In this document: one piece after another, positions 54,858 to 64,000 of the stretch
How the letters are laid out: each line of letters begins with the position of its first letter
How positions within the stretch are numbered: the stretch's first letter is position 1
Source: Candidatus Woesearchaeota archaeon
GTDB taxonomy: Archaea > Nanobdellota > Nanobdellia > SCGC-AAA011-G17 > VGLX01
Direction of reading: 5' to 3'
Length of the DNA: 64,000 nt
Assembly (NCBI GenBank): GCA_964428965.1
Contig: CAYSAF010000003.1
Location: forward strand, 7,272 to 71,271
Notes under the pieces: generated by a model
Databases searched by the model: none
Told to the model about the DNA's origin: nothing
Seen by the model: the letters and a program-made list of their open reading frames with translations, nothing else
Made by a program: the position numbers and the translations under genes

Positions 54858-55604
54858 ATGATAGAACAAGTATTACAGGAAATAGGTCTCACACAAAATG
54901 AGATTAAAATATATCTTGCCTTATTGGAATTGGGGGAGTCAAAATCTGGGGAAATTCTGAAAAAATCCGGATTAAACTCAGGAAAAATATATGAAATTTT
55001 AGACTCTTTGCAAAAAAAAGGTATAGTTTCTTTTATTATTAAATCGGGCGTTAAATATTTTAGTCCAGCAAACCCAAAAAGGCTTTTAGATTATTTAAGT
55101 GAGAAGAAACAAGTTATATTAAAACAAGAAGAAGATTATAAAAGTATTCTCCCTGAATTATTAAAGAAAGTTTCTTTGAAAAGCCCTAAAGCTAGAATAG
55201 AAATATTCACAGGAATAAAAGGCATGAAAACCGCTTATGCAAAAGAGCTAGAGTTTTCCAAATCAAATACTATATATGTTCTTGGAGTCGCTTCTTCTAC
55301 AAAATATGAAAAGCAAATATGGGATTTTTTTACTTACAATCATCAGCCTAAAAGAGAAAGAAAAGGATATAAAGTAAAAAAATTACTTACTCGAGATGCT
55401 AAAAATGACAAAAAATATCACGAAAAAGATGCAGAGATCAAATTTTTACCTTATGCCTCTTTAGTATCAATGAATATAATTGGAAACTTGACTACAATCG
55501 GATTATTCACAGAAGAACTTATATTTATCTCAGTTGAAAATCAAGAAATTGCAGACAATTTTGTTGAACAATTTAATAGCATATGGAAAATAGCTAAACC
55601 TTAA
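54858..55604 (+). CDS. TrmB-family transcriptional regulator (paralog of the 33366..34118 gene)
   Basis: The N-terminal TrmB HTH reads QNEIKIYLALLELGESKSGEILKKSGLNSGKIYEILDSLQKKGIV. Its size is similar to the other TrmB gene. Confidence 0.55.
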   Translation: MIEQVLQEIGLTQNEIKIYLALLELGESKSGEILKKSGLNSGKIYEILDSLQKKGIVSFIIKSGVKYFSPANPKRLLDYLSEKKQVILKQEEDYKSILPELLKKVSLKSPKARIEIFTGIKGMKTAYAKELEFSKSNTIYVLGVASSTKYEKQIWDFFTYNHQPKRERKGYKVKKLLTRDAKNDKKYHEKDAEIKFLPYASLVSMNIIGNLTTIGLFTEELIFISVENQEIADNFVEQFNSIWKIAKP

Positions 55605-55681
55605 ATCTTTTTTAAATCCCCCCATACTTTTAGAAATTATTGAAACTTATAAGGTTTTCTAATTTTCAAGGATAAATTTGC

Positions 55682-55808
55682 TCCCACCTCCCGGACTCGA
55701 ACCGGGAACATCTCGGTATCGGCTGACTATTTTTCATACATAGCCTTTCTCAAGGCCTAGTCGAATAGTATGCTACAGCCGAGTGCTCTACCGTTGAGCT
55801 AAGGTGGG
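55682..55808 (-). tRNA. tRNA-Tyr(GUA) with an intron of about 53 nt at the canonical position
   Basis: The read is CCCACCT-TA-GCTC-AACGGTA-GAGC-A-CTCGG-CTGTAG-[53 nt]-A-CCGAG-ATGTT-CCCGG-TTCGAGT-CCGGG-AGGTGGG-A. All stems are Watson-Crick, with U33 and anticodon GUA. Confidence 0.6.
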
Positions 55809-55896
55809 TAATGGAGAAGGTATTAATTTTGTTTAAAAAAGTTTCTATTTCTCCAATACAGAAATGTTTATATTTTACCTATCCAATCCTTAACGT

Positions 55897-56205
55897 ATGC
55901 CTGAAAGAGTCAATAAGGTTGAGAGTGGTTACATAATAGGCAAGAACGGTAAAAAGTTCCTTTGTAGCCTTGTTCATGTTGCTGAGAAAGAGATACATAC
56001 CTGTGAGAGGACTTGGTTTACAGAGTCTGATCGTGATGGTTTGTTAAGTAAAAGCTTGGATAAGTTGAAGCGTGATAATGTAGTTCCTGATTTTTATTTT
56101 GAGAGATGGCCTCAAGACTCTGCTCGTGATTACACGATTTTTTTTGTTAAGCCACCCATTGTTTATCTTAAGATAGAATTCTATAGGATTCTGAAGGAAC
56201 TTTAG
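55897..56205 (+). CDS. Hypothetical protein (102 aa)
   Basis: A small ORF that overlaps the downstream minus-strand gene end by 4 nt. It has no recognisable family. Confidence 0.25.
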   Translation: MPERVNKVESGYIIGKNGKKFLCSLVHVAEKEIHTCERTWFTESDRDGLLSKSLDKLKRDNVVPDFYFERWPQDSARDYTIFFVKPPIVYLKIEFYRILKEL

Positions 56206-57638
56206 TCTTCCTCTTCTCTCTTTTCTAAGTAGACCACTATGCTGCTTGATCTCTTTCCCATTACTGCTTTTCCTTTTCTGAATCTTAGCAGTGCCGGTGG
56301 CAGTATTATCGTTCCGAATATTTGCAAGCTTGGTTCTACTTTATATGATACCAGCCTTTCTTCTCCACCCTCGAGGCTTTCTATGTTCCATACAAGTCTG
56401 TTGCTCTTTTCTCCTTTCTGTATCTGGCTCGGTTTTAAGGTCCCAAATTCTTGTGTCATCTTCAGAACGTTTGGCAGTATGTCCATCACCTTTATGTCAG
56501 TTATCTTTCTTCCTGTTCTGTTCTTCACATGCAGCAGTATCTTCATCCCTGTGATTTCTCCCCTCTTCCCCCTTACTTTTACCACATGTTTGCTTATTCC
56601 TATGCTCTTCTTGATCTTCCACACCACTATTATCAGTATTATTATTAATGCAGCTATTGAGTATACGAGTGGTTTGTAGTCTGTTGTTATTGTTATGGTT
56701 TTTGTTTCTCCCGGCGGTATGTCCATCACCCATTCTACCTTGCTCTCTCCCACTATCGGCTCTGGTTCAAATCTTGTTAGCGTCCTCTGGAATCCTGATA
56801 TAGGGAATTCGTATCTTTCAGTTGCTATCACGTTTCCCTTGTTTGTTTTGCTTACCTTTATTGTCCTTACGAGGAATTCTGATTGTGTGGCTACCTTTTC
56901 TTCTATGTCTGGGTTGCCTACAACCTCAAACATCTTTGTAAGCTTCCCTATTAGTTTCTCCCCTTTGTATACTGTTATGCTTACAGAGTATCTTCCCGGT
57001 TTTTCATCGGGTTTTAGTTTGAATTTTACGTCTTCTTTTCCTTGGTCACTCAGGTACATTTCTTGGTAGGCATATAACTTCTTGTTTGGGAAGTCGTTTG
57101 TGAAGAAGTTTGTTGTTACGTAAGCTGTTATGGGTGCTAGTATCATGTTTGCAGTGTTCTTCAGTTTTATTTTGTATGAGTATTCCTTCCCAGGCATTAC
57201 CGCTTCTGGGAAGTTCACCTCTACCTTTACCGGGTTTTCTGGTGCTAGTACGTTTATCGTTAGCGGGTATTCTACTCTTTTTTCAGTTGTTCTTGAGTTT
57301 ATTCTCAGTGTTGTTTTGTAGTTTCTTCCCGGTTCTATGTTGTCAAGTAGCTCTACTTCTACTACAGCCTCTCCTGTGTCTTTTGCGTCTATTACCAGTA
57401 TGCTTGGATTTACTATGATGTCTTTGAAGTACGGCGAGAAGGGTGCATATCCCAACGGATCCTTGCTTATGGTGAACGTGTCAGCCTTTCCCTGGTTGTT
57501 TGTTATCAGCAGTCTGAATTTTGCTGTCTCTCCAGGGTATGCCCTCTCTGTCAGCGCTTCGTGCTTCACCGCTATGTCTTCTGCAAGGACTGTCAAAGAG
57601 CTTAGTATCAGCAACGTCACTAGAATCAGCTTTCTCAT
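56202..57638 (-). CDS. Membrane-anchored surface protein (beta-rich ectodomain, single TM, cytoplasmic tail)
   Basis: It has a signal peptide (MRKLILVTLLILSSLTVLA), an ectodomain of about 310 aa with a repeated Ig-like beta pattern, a TM (LVYSIAALIIILIIVVW) and a cytoplasmic domain of about 130 aa. Confidence 0.35.
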   Translation of the reverse strand: MRKLILVTLLILSSLTVLAEDIAVKHEALTERAYPGETAKFRLLITNNQGKADTFTISKDPLGYAPFSPYFKDIIVNPSILVIDAKDTGEAVVEVELLDNIEPGRNYKTTLRINSRTTEKRVEYPLTINVLAPENPVKVEVNFPEAVMPGKEYSYKIKLKNTANMILAPITAYVTTNFFTNDFPNKKLYAYQEMYLSDQGKEDVKFKLKPDEKPGRYSVSITVYKGEKLIGKLTKMFEVVGNPDIEEKVATQSEFLVRTIKVSKTNKGNVIATERYEFPISGFQRTLTRFEPEPIVGESKVEWVMDIPPGETKTITITTDYKPLVYSIAALIIILIIVVWKIKKSIGISKHVVKVRGKRGEITGMKILLHVKNRTGRKITDIKVMDILPNVLKMTQEFGTLKPSQIQKGEKSNRLVWNIESLEGGEERLVSYKVEPSLQIFGTIILPPALLRFRKGKAVMGKRSSSIVVYLEKREEED

Positions 57639-57696
57639 TGGCCACCTCTTTGTTTGTTATGTTTTCAGTAGCAAACCTTATATTTAAATATTGTTA

Positions 57697-58260
57697 TTAT
57701 ACCCTCTTTATTATCCTCGGTATTTCTGCTGTCATGTCTATTATCACCGATGGTTGGCTGCTTAGAGTTCCATCATCTATCACCATGTCAACCCATCTCA
57801 GTATTCTTTTTGGTATCTTCCTTATGTCGTTTACCGGTTCTTCTCCGGCTAGGTTTATGCTTGTTGTTATGAATGGTGTTTGTGATTTTTGTATCATGCC
57901 TGTTATTTTGTGGTTTGGAATCCTTATCCCTATGGTTTTTCCGTTGCTTGTGTGCCTGGAAACTATCCCTTCAGTTTTTGTTTTGAGTATGAATGTGTAA
58001 GGACCTGGCAGTCTTTCTACGTAGTTCTTGTTTTCCACCTCAAAATTGTCATATATCCACTGTCTTGAGGGTGCTATTATCGAGAAGGGTTTTTCTGTTC
58101 TGTTTTTTATCTCCCTTATTTTTTGCACAGAAGCCGAGTTTTTTGCGTCACAGCCTATGCCGTAGATTGTGTCTGTCGGGTATATTATTATTTTTCCTTC
58201 TTTGATCTCTTTTATGAGTTCTCTCTCCCTTAGTTCGTTCATTTTTATTATCTTTGTCAT
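57697..58260 (-). CDS. tsaC: L-threonylcarbamoyladenylate synthase (YrdC/Sua5 family, t6A biosynthesis)
   Basis: The YrdC core is present (IIIYPTDTIYGIGCDA...KNRTEKPFSIIA...PGPYTFIL...IGIRIP). Confidence 0.75.
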   Translation of the reverse strand: MTKIIKMNELRERELIKEIKEGKIIIYPTDTIYGIGCDAKNSASVQKIREIKNRTEKPFSIIAPSRQWIYDNFEVENKNYVERLPGPYTFILKTKTEGIVSRHTSNGKTIGIRIPNHKITGMIQKSQTPFITTSINLAGEEPVNDIRKIPKRILRWVDMVIDDGTLSSQPSVIIDMTAEIPRIIKRV

Positions 58261-58408
58261 TTTTACCCCCTCTTATCGAGCATCATTTTGTAACCACTTT
58301 AAAATAGGCACATACCGAAAAGTTTATATATCAGTTATATATTCCTAAACATATCACCTCTTTTTTCCCCAGGAAGATGCCTTAGGGTGTCTTCCCAGGG
58401 TTTTTTAA

Positions 58409-59332
58409 TCATGATCTTATTTCCAGTATGCTTTCTGTCTTCCCCCTGTTCACTATCTCTGTTCCTATCCCCCTTCCTATGTTATAGTAAGATTCTGCTG
58501 ACAGTCTTCCTAGCATGTCTAGTAGTCCTTTCTTTTCCTCATACTTTATTAATTTTGCTTCTGTCAGGTTTGCCATCTGTTTTGTTATGTTTATTGCCAA
58601 CTCTTTTCCTCCTATGTAGTCCACCATTTTCAGGTCATAGGCCTCAGTTCCGAGGTATATGCCTGCATTGCTTATCTCTTTTATTGTTTTGTTATCAAGG
58701 TTTCTGTTCTTTTTTACTTCTTCCAGGAAGTATGCCTGTATCTTGTCTATTTTTTCTTGAAGCAGCCTTCTTTCTTCATCTGTTAGTTCCCTGAACGGGC
58801 TTCCTGCTTCTTTGTATTTTCCGGATTTGAGTTCTTCATAGCTCACCCCGTATTTTTCCATGAGTCCTGAGAACTCTAGGTAAGAGCTTGTCACCCCTAT
58901 GCTTCCTGTTATAGACATCTCGTCTGCAACGATTTTGTCTGCTGCTGACGCAACCCAGTACGCCCCTGATGCTCCCACCTCCCTGATGAGTGCCACTGTT
59001 GGTTTTTGTGTTTTTTTCACAGCTTCGGCAATTTCCTTCCCAGCCATTACTGTCCCACCACCTGAGTTTATTTCCAGTATTATTCCCTTTACGTCAGGGT
59101 CTTTTTCTGCTTGCTCTATGAAGTTCACTATGGTTTTTGATGATGTTCCTGTTTCTCCTAATAACGATTCGGTTTTGTCTCCTGCTAGGAACCCTGTTAG
59201 GGGTATTACTGCTATTTTGTTGCTTAGTGATGTCCCCTCGAATTTTAGTAGGTTTGATAGTGAGAAGCTTACCAGCCAGAGTACTGCTATTACAAGTACT
59301 GCTATTCCTATCTTTTTTCTTGCTTCGTTCAT
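58409..59332 (-). CDS. sppA: Signal peptide peptidase SppA (36K type; ClpP/crotonase fold)
   Basis: It has an N-terminal TM, the SppA motifs (IILEINSGGGTVMAG, SITGSIGV) and the catalytic Ser/Lys region. Confidence 0.7.
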   Translation of the reverse strand: MNEARKKIGIAVLVIAVLWLVSFSLSNLLKFEGTSLSNKIAVIPLTGFLAGDKTESLLGETGTSSKTIVNFIEQAEKDPDVKGIILEINSGGGTVMAGKEIAEAVKKTQKPTVALIREVGASGAYWVASAADKIVADEMSITGSIGVTSSYLEFSGLMEKYGVSYEELKSGKYKEAGSPFRELTDEERRLLQEKIDKIQAYFLEEVKKNRNLDNKTIKEISNAGIYLGTEAYDLKMVDYIGGKELAINITKQMANLTEAKLIKYEEKKGLLDMLGRLSAESYYNIGRGIGTEIVNRGKTESILEIRS

Positions 59333-59817
59333 ATGGTGAACCTCTTTTCTACAACCCTTGTCTTGCTGAGTCTTTCCAGGAACCTCTGTTTATTACCAAT
59401 TATTCCTATGCAGTCTGTTAACAGCAGCAGTCCTGATATCTTGCTTACGTTCCTTATTATGCACTGTTGTAGCGTTAGAGTTTTTTCGTCTGACTTTACG
59501 TAAATGTTTAGGAGCATCTTTCCTATGCTCTGTCTTAGTTTGTATTCGAGTATTGCCCAGTATGCTATCGTCAGTATAGATACAATTACGAATAGTATTG
59601 CCATTTCTGGTAAGGTTGCCCTTACAGCCTCTTGGTTGCTGCTTATGTAATTGTATACTTGCAATATGTTGTTGCTTTGGAATCCCAGACTGAGCCTCAT
59701 TATTGTTTTCTGGAAGGGCCATATTATGATTATGTTTATTATTATCGCATCGATGATGTAAGCTATAACTCTTTTCCAGAATGATGCGTTCACCTCGTTC
59801 ATTCTCAATTTCATCAT
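59329..59817 (-). CDS. RDD-family membrane protein
   Basis: It has the R-D-D pattern (KRVIAYIIDAIIINI, with a later Arg and TM helices). It overlaps sppA by 4 nt. Confidence 0.5.
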   Translation of the reverse strand: MMKLRMNEVNASFWKRVIAYIIDAIIINIIIIWPFQKTIMRLSLGFQSNNILQVYNYISSNQEAVRATLPEMAILFVIVSILTIAYWAILEYKLRQSIGKMLLNIYVKSDEKTLTLQQCIIRNVSKISGLLLLTDCIGIIGNKQRFLERLSKTRVVEKRFTI

Positions 59818-59927
59818 CTTATCTTATTGTACTACCATATTTAAAAGTTTTCTTGTCTTTCTTTTGTTAGTAATCAAATGTTACCAATCCATAAGTATTA
59901 AAAATAGTAAATAAGTGGAAAAAAGAT

Positions 59928-61613
59928 ATGGAAAGTTTTTATCAGGAATTGATTGATGGTATCATTAAGGACAACCTTTCTCTAGAGCAGACCTTGAAGT
60001 TGAGGAGGAAGTTAGCAAGGAAGTATCACCCAAGGGTTTTTCCCTCAATAATTCATATTTTGCTGCACGCTTCAGATAAGCAACTTCCAAAACTTAAGCA
60101 CCTCATTTCAAAACCTTCTCGTGTTATCTCTGGTGTTGCTGTCGTTGCTGTCATGACTAAGCCTATTAAGTGTCCTCACGGTAAATGTGTTCCCTGTCCC
60201 GGCGGTCCTGATTCCTTTTTTGGTTCAGTCCCGCAAAGTTACACAGGAAAAGAGCCTGCAACGATGAGGGGTATAAGGAATTTTTATGATCCTTACCTGC
60301 AGATTTTTAATCGTCTCGAGCAGTATGTTCTGCTTGATCACATGCCTGACAAGGTTGAGTTGATTGTTATGGGTGGCACTTTTCCCTCATTCCAGAAGAA
60401 GTACCAGGAAGAATTTATCAAATATTGCTTTAAAGCCTTGAATGATTTTTCCAGGTTTTTCTTTAAGAGGGAGGTTCTTGATTTTGCAAAGTTCAAGGAT
60501 TTCTTCGAACTTCCTACGGAAGATATCAACAATAAGGATAGGATTTCAAGGATTCAGAAGAAGGTTCTCAAGTTGAAGGGCAATTCTTCCTTGTTGAAAG
60601 AGCAGAAAACGAACGAGTCTTCTTTGATAAGGTGTGTTGGTCTAACTATTGAGTCTAGGCCTGATTATGCCATGTTTAAGCATGCTAATGAGATGTTGAA
60701 GCTTGGCTGCACAAGAGTTGAGCTCGGCATTCAGTCAACTTACGACGATGTTTTGAAGAAGATGGAACGTGGTCATTCTGTAAATGATTCAATTAAGTCT
60801 ATGCAGATTCTTAAGGATTTGAGCTTTAAGGTTAATGCTCATATGATGCTTGGTTTGCCTGGTTCAAATCGTGAAAAAGACTTGGCTTCTTTGAGAGAGC
60901 TTTTCTCTAACCCTGATTTCAGGCCTGACATGCTTAAGTTGTATCCCTGTATGGTTTTGGAAGGCACTAAGCTTTATGATTTGTACAAGCGAGGTAAGTA
61001 TCACCCACTTAACACTAAAGATGCCATCGAGATTATCGCTAAGTTCAAGGCAGAAGTACCTCCTTACGTCCGTATTATGAGAGTCCAACGTGACATTCCC
61101 ACCAAGATGACCATTGCCGGCGTTGACAAGACAAACTTGAGGCAGTACGTTGACAAGTATATGAAGGAGCATAATTTGAAGTGCAGGTGCATTCGCTGCC
61201 GTGAAGCTGGTCGTGCTAAAAAGGTTGAAAAAGTTGAGATTATGGTTCGTCCCTATGACTCATCTCATGGCAGGGAATTCTTCATCTCCGTCGAGGATGT
61301 TAAGAACGATGTCCTTGTTGGTTTTTGCAGACTTCGTTTTCCTTCAAAGAGTCTGAGAAAGGAAATTACAAAGGAATCAGCTCTGATTAGGGAGCTTCAT
61401 GTTTATTCTCCCCTTGTTCAGATTGGTAAGTCCCCTGTTAAGGGTCAGATGCAGCATAAGGGTTTTGGTTCTATGCTTCTTGCCAAAGCAGAATCCATTG
61501 CAAAGGATCATGGTTATAAAAAGATGGTTGTTATCTCAGGGATTGGAGTTAAAAAATACTATTCATCACTTAGTTACCATAAGGATGGTCCATATATGTC
61601 AAAAATTTTGTAA
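59928..61613 (+). CDS. elp3: Elongator complex protein 3 homolog (radical SAM + GNAT; tRNA U34 modification)
   Basis: The radical-SAM Cys cluster is CPHGKCVPCPGG, and the C-terminal GNAT motif is QHKGFGSMLLAKAE. It is 561 aa. Confidence 0.85.
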   Translation: MESFYQELIDGIIKDNLSLEQTLKLRRKLARKYHPRVFPSIIHILLHASDKQLPKLKHLISKPSRVISGVAVVAVMTKPIKCPHGKCVPCPGGPDSFFGSVPQSYTGKEPATMRGIRNFYDPYLQIFNRLEQYVLLDHMPDKVELIVMGGTFPSFQKKYQEEFIKYCFKALNDFSRFFFKREVLDFAKFKDFFELPTEDINNKDRISRIQKKVLKLKGNSSLLKEQKTNESSLIRCVGLTIESRPDYAMFKHANEMLKLGCTRVELGIQSTYDDVLKKMERGHSVNDSIKSMQILKDLSFKVNAHMMLGLPGSNREKDLASLRELFSNPDFRPDMLKLYPCMVLEGTKLYDLYKRGKYHPLNTKDAIEIIAKFKAEVPPYVRIMRVQRDIPTKMTIAGVDKTNLRQYVDKYMKEHNLKCRCIRCREAGRAKKVEKVEIMVRPYDSSHGREFFISVEDVKNDVLVGFCRLRFPSKSLRKEITKESALIRELHVYSPLVQIGKSPVKGQMQHKGFGSMLLAKAESIAKDHGYKKMVVISGIGVKKYYSSLSYHKDGPYMSKIL

Positions 61614-61646
61614 TTACAATATTCCTTTTAAATAATTTAAATCTTC

Positions 61647-61703
61647 ATAGTGCCTTATACCCACAATTCTAGGTCATAGTGCCTTATACCCACAATTCTA
61701 GGT
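61647..61703. repeat. Tandem duplication of 28-29 nt (ATAGTGCCTTATACCCACAATTCTAGGT[C]) x2
   Basis: The copies are exact at 61647..61675 and 61676..61703. The duplication overlaps the 3' end of the minus-strand ORF 61655..61954. Confidence 0.8.
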
Positions 61704-61954
61704 ATAGGCTTTTGATTACAGTAAGAATTATAAGTAGTTATCGCTAATTCTTTCTTTTCAAAAGAATGCCTAACCATTGAAGCAGAGGGATGAATCCATG
61801 CTACTAAAACATAATTGTGTTTGTGATTCATATAGTCTTGTACTCTCCTTCTAAGATCAGCATTTTTTAGAGATGAATCTAAAATAATTTCATCAAGGAG
61901 TCTTTCTTCTCTTTGATTTCGTGGTTGAGTAGGTACATATAATACTTTTTTCAT
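61655..61954 (-). CDS. Hypothetical protein (99 aa)
   Basis: The ORF has a C-terminus encoded by the tandem-duplicated segment. It has no recognisable family. Confidence 0.25.
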   Translation of the reverse strand: MKKVLYVPTQPRNQREERLLDEIILDSSLKNADLRRRVQDYMNHKHNYVLVAWIHPSASMVRHSFEKKELAITTYNSYCNQKPIPRIVGIRHYDLELWV

Positions 61955-62282
61955 ATTCGGGAAGGTTGACTTGCAACTACTTAAAGTTTGCTGTTTCTTG
62001 ATATATTTATACAGAAAATAGGAACTTTTTAAAGTATATTTCTTTTTAATCGATTCCAGATTAGTATAAGTGTTGAATTACTATAATGCTTGCTTTTGGG
62101 CTACAGGCTAGAGGGGCCTTACATGGTTAAGAATTTGGCCTGAAAACCCTTCACTTCTGCTATATAAACCTTTCTCTTTTTTCTAAGTTCTTAGCCTTCC
62201 CAGAGCCTGTAGTGGTCAAATTTGGGCATTTTAGCCATACAAATATTTTTAAATAACCCAGCCATTTTTACATTGATTCTAG

Positions 62283-64000
<1,718 letters not shown>

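Overview
This 64 kb window looks like an archaeal chromosome, AT-rich, with short genes that are often translationally coupled, and possibly from a small-genome (DPANN-like) lineage. On the minus strand it carries the conserved transcription/translation cluster: rpoH, split rpoB (B'' and B'), rpoA', rpoA'', then L30e, NusA, S12, S7, with a methyltransferase and a membrane protein inserted between rpoA'' and L30e. On the plus strand it carries the proteasome/exosome superoperon: Pop5, psmA, SBDS, rrp4, two inserted SAM-dependent methyltransferases, rrp41, rrp42, followed by an enolase. Other recognisable genes include an XPD helicase, a large membrane-anchored subtilase, archaeal RNase J, a regulator-iscS-iscU operon, a ThyX-like/tmk/cmk nucleotide cluster, RimK with its retropepsin-like partner, Sua5/YrdC, SppA, Elp3 and the start of gyrB. 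I reconstructed five tRNA genes by hand, all intron-containing: Gly (one intron), Val (two), Tyr (one long intron), and an adjacent Lys (two) and Asp (three) pair. An 18-bp duplicate of the tRNA-Asp 3' end sits next to tRNA-Lys. The clearest accessory element is a ~4.9 kb cargo transposon (14803..19717). It has imperfect terminal inverted repeats and a 9-bp target-site duplication (GGGTGAAGG), and carries a SWIM-finger DDE transposase, a single-chain Type IIG restriction-modification enzyme, a small ribbon-helix-helix (RHH) protein and subterminal TGCCYGATAAGT repeats. It is inserted between the subtilase gene and the Pop5/exosome operon promoter. Other items worth follow-up are a tandem-duplicated ThyX-like protein with altered RHR motifs, an L,D-transpeptidase-like gene, a family of Cys-rich membrane-anchored surface proteins, a thrice-repeated 16-nt motif upstream of two adjacent genes, and small tRNA-end duplicates that may be att-site remnants. 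All calls were made by eye from the sequence and the ORF track; no database searches were run.
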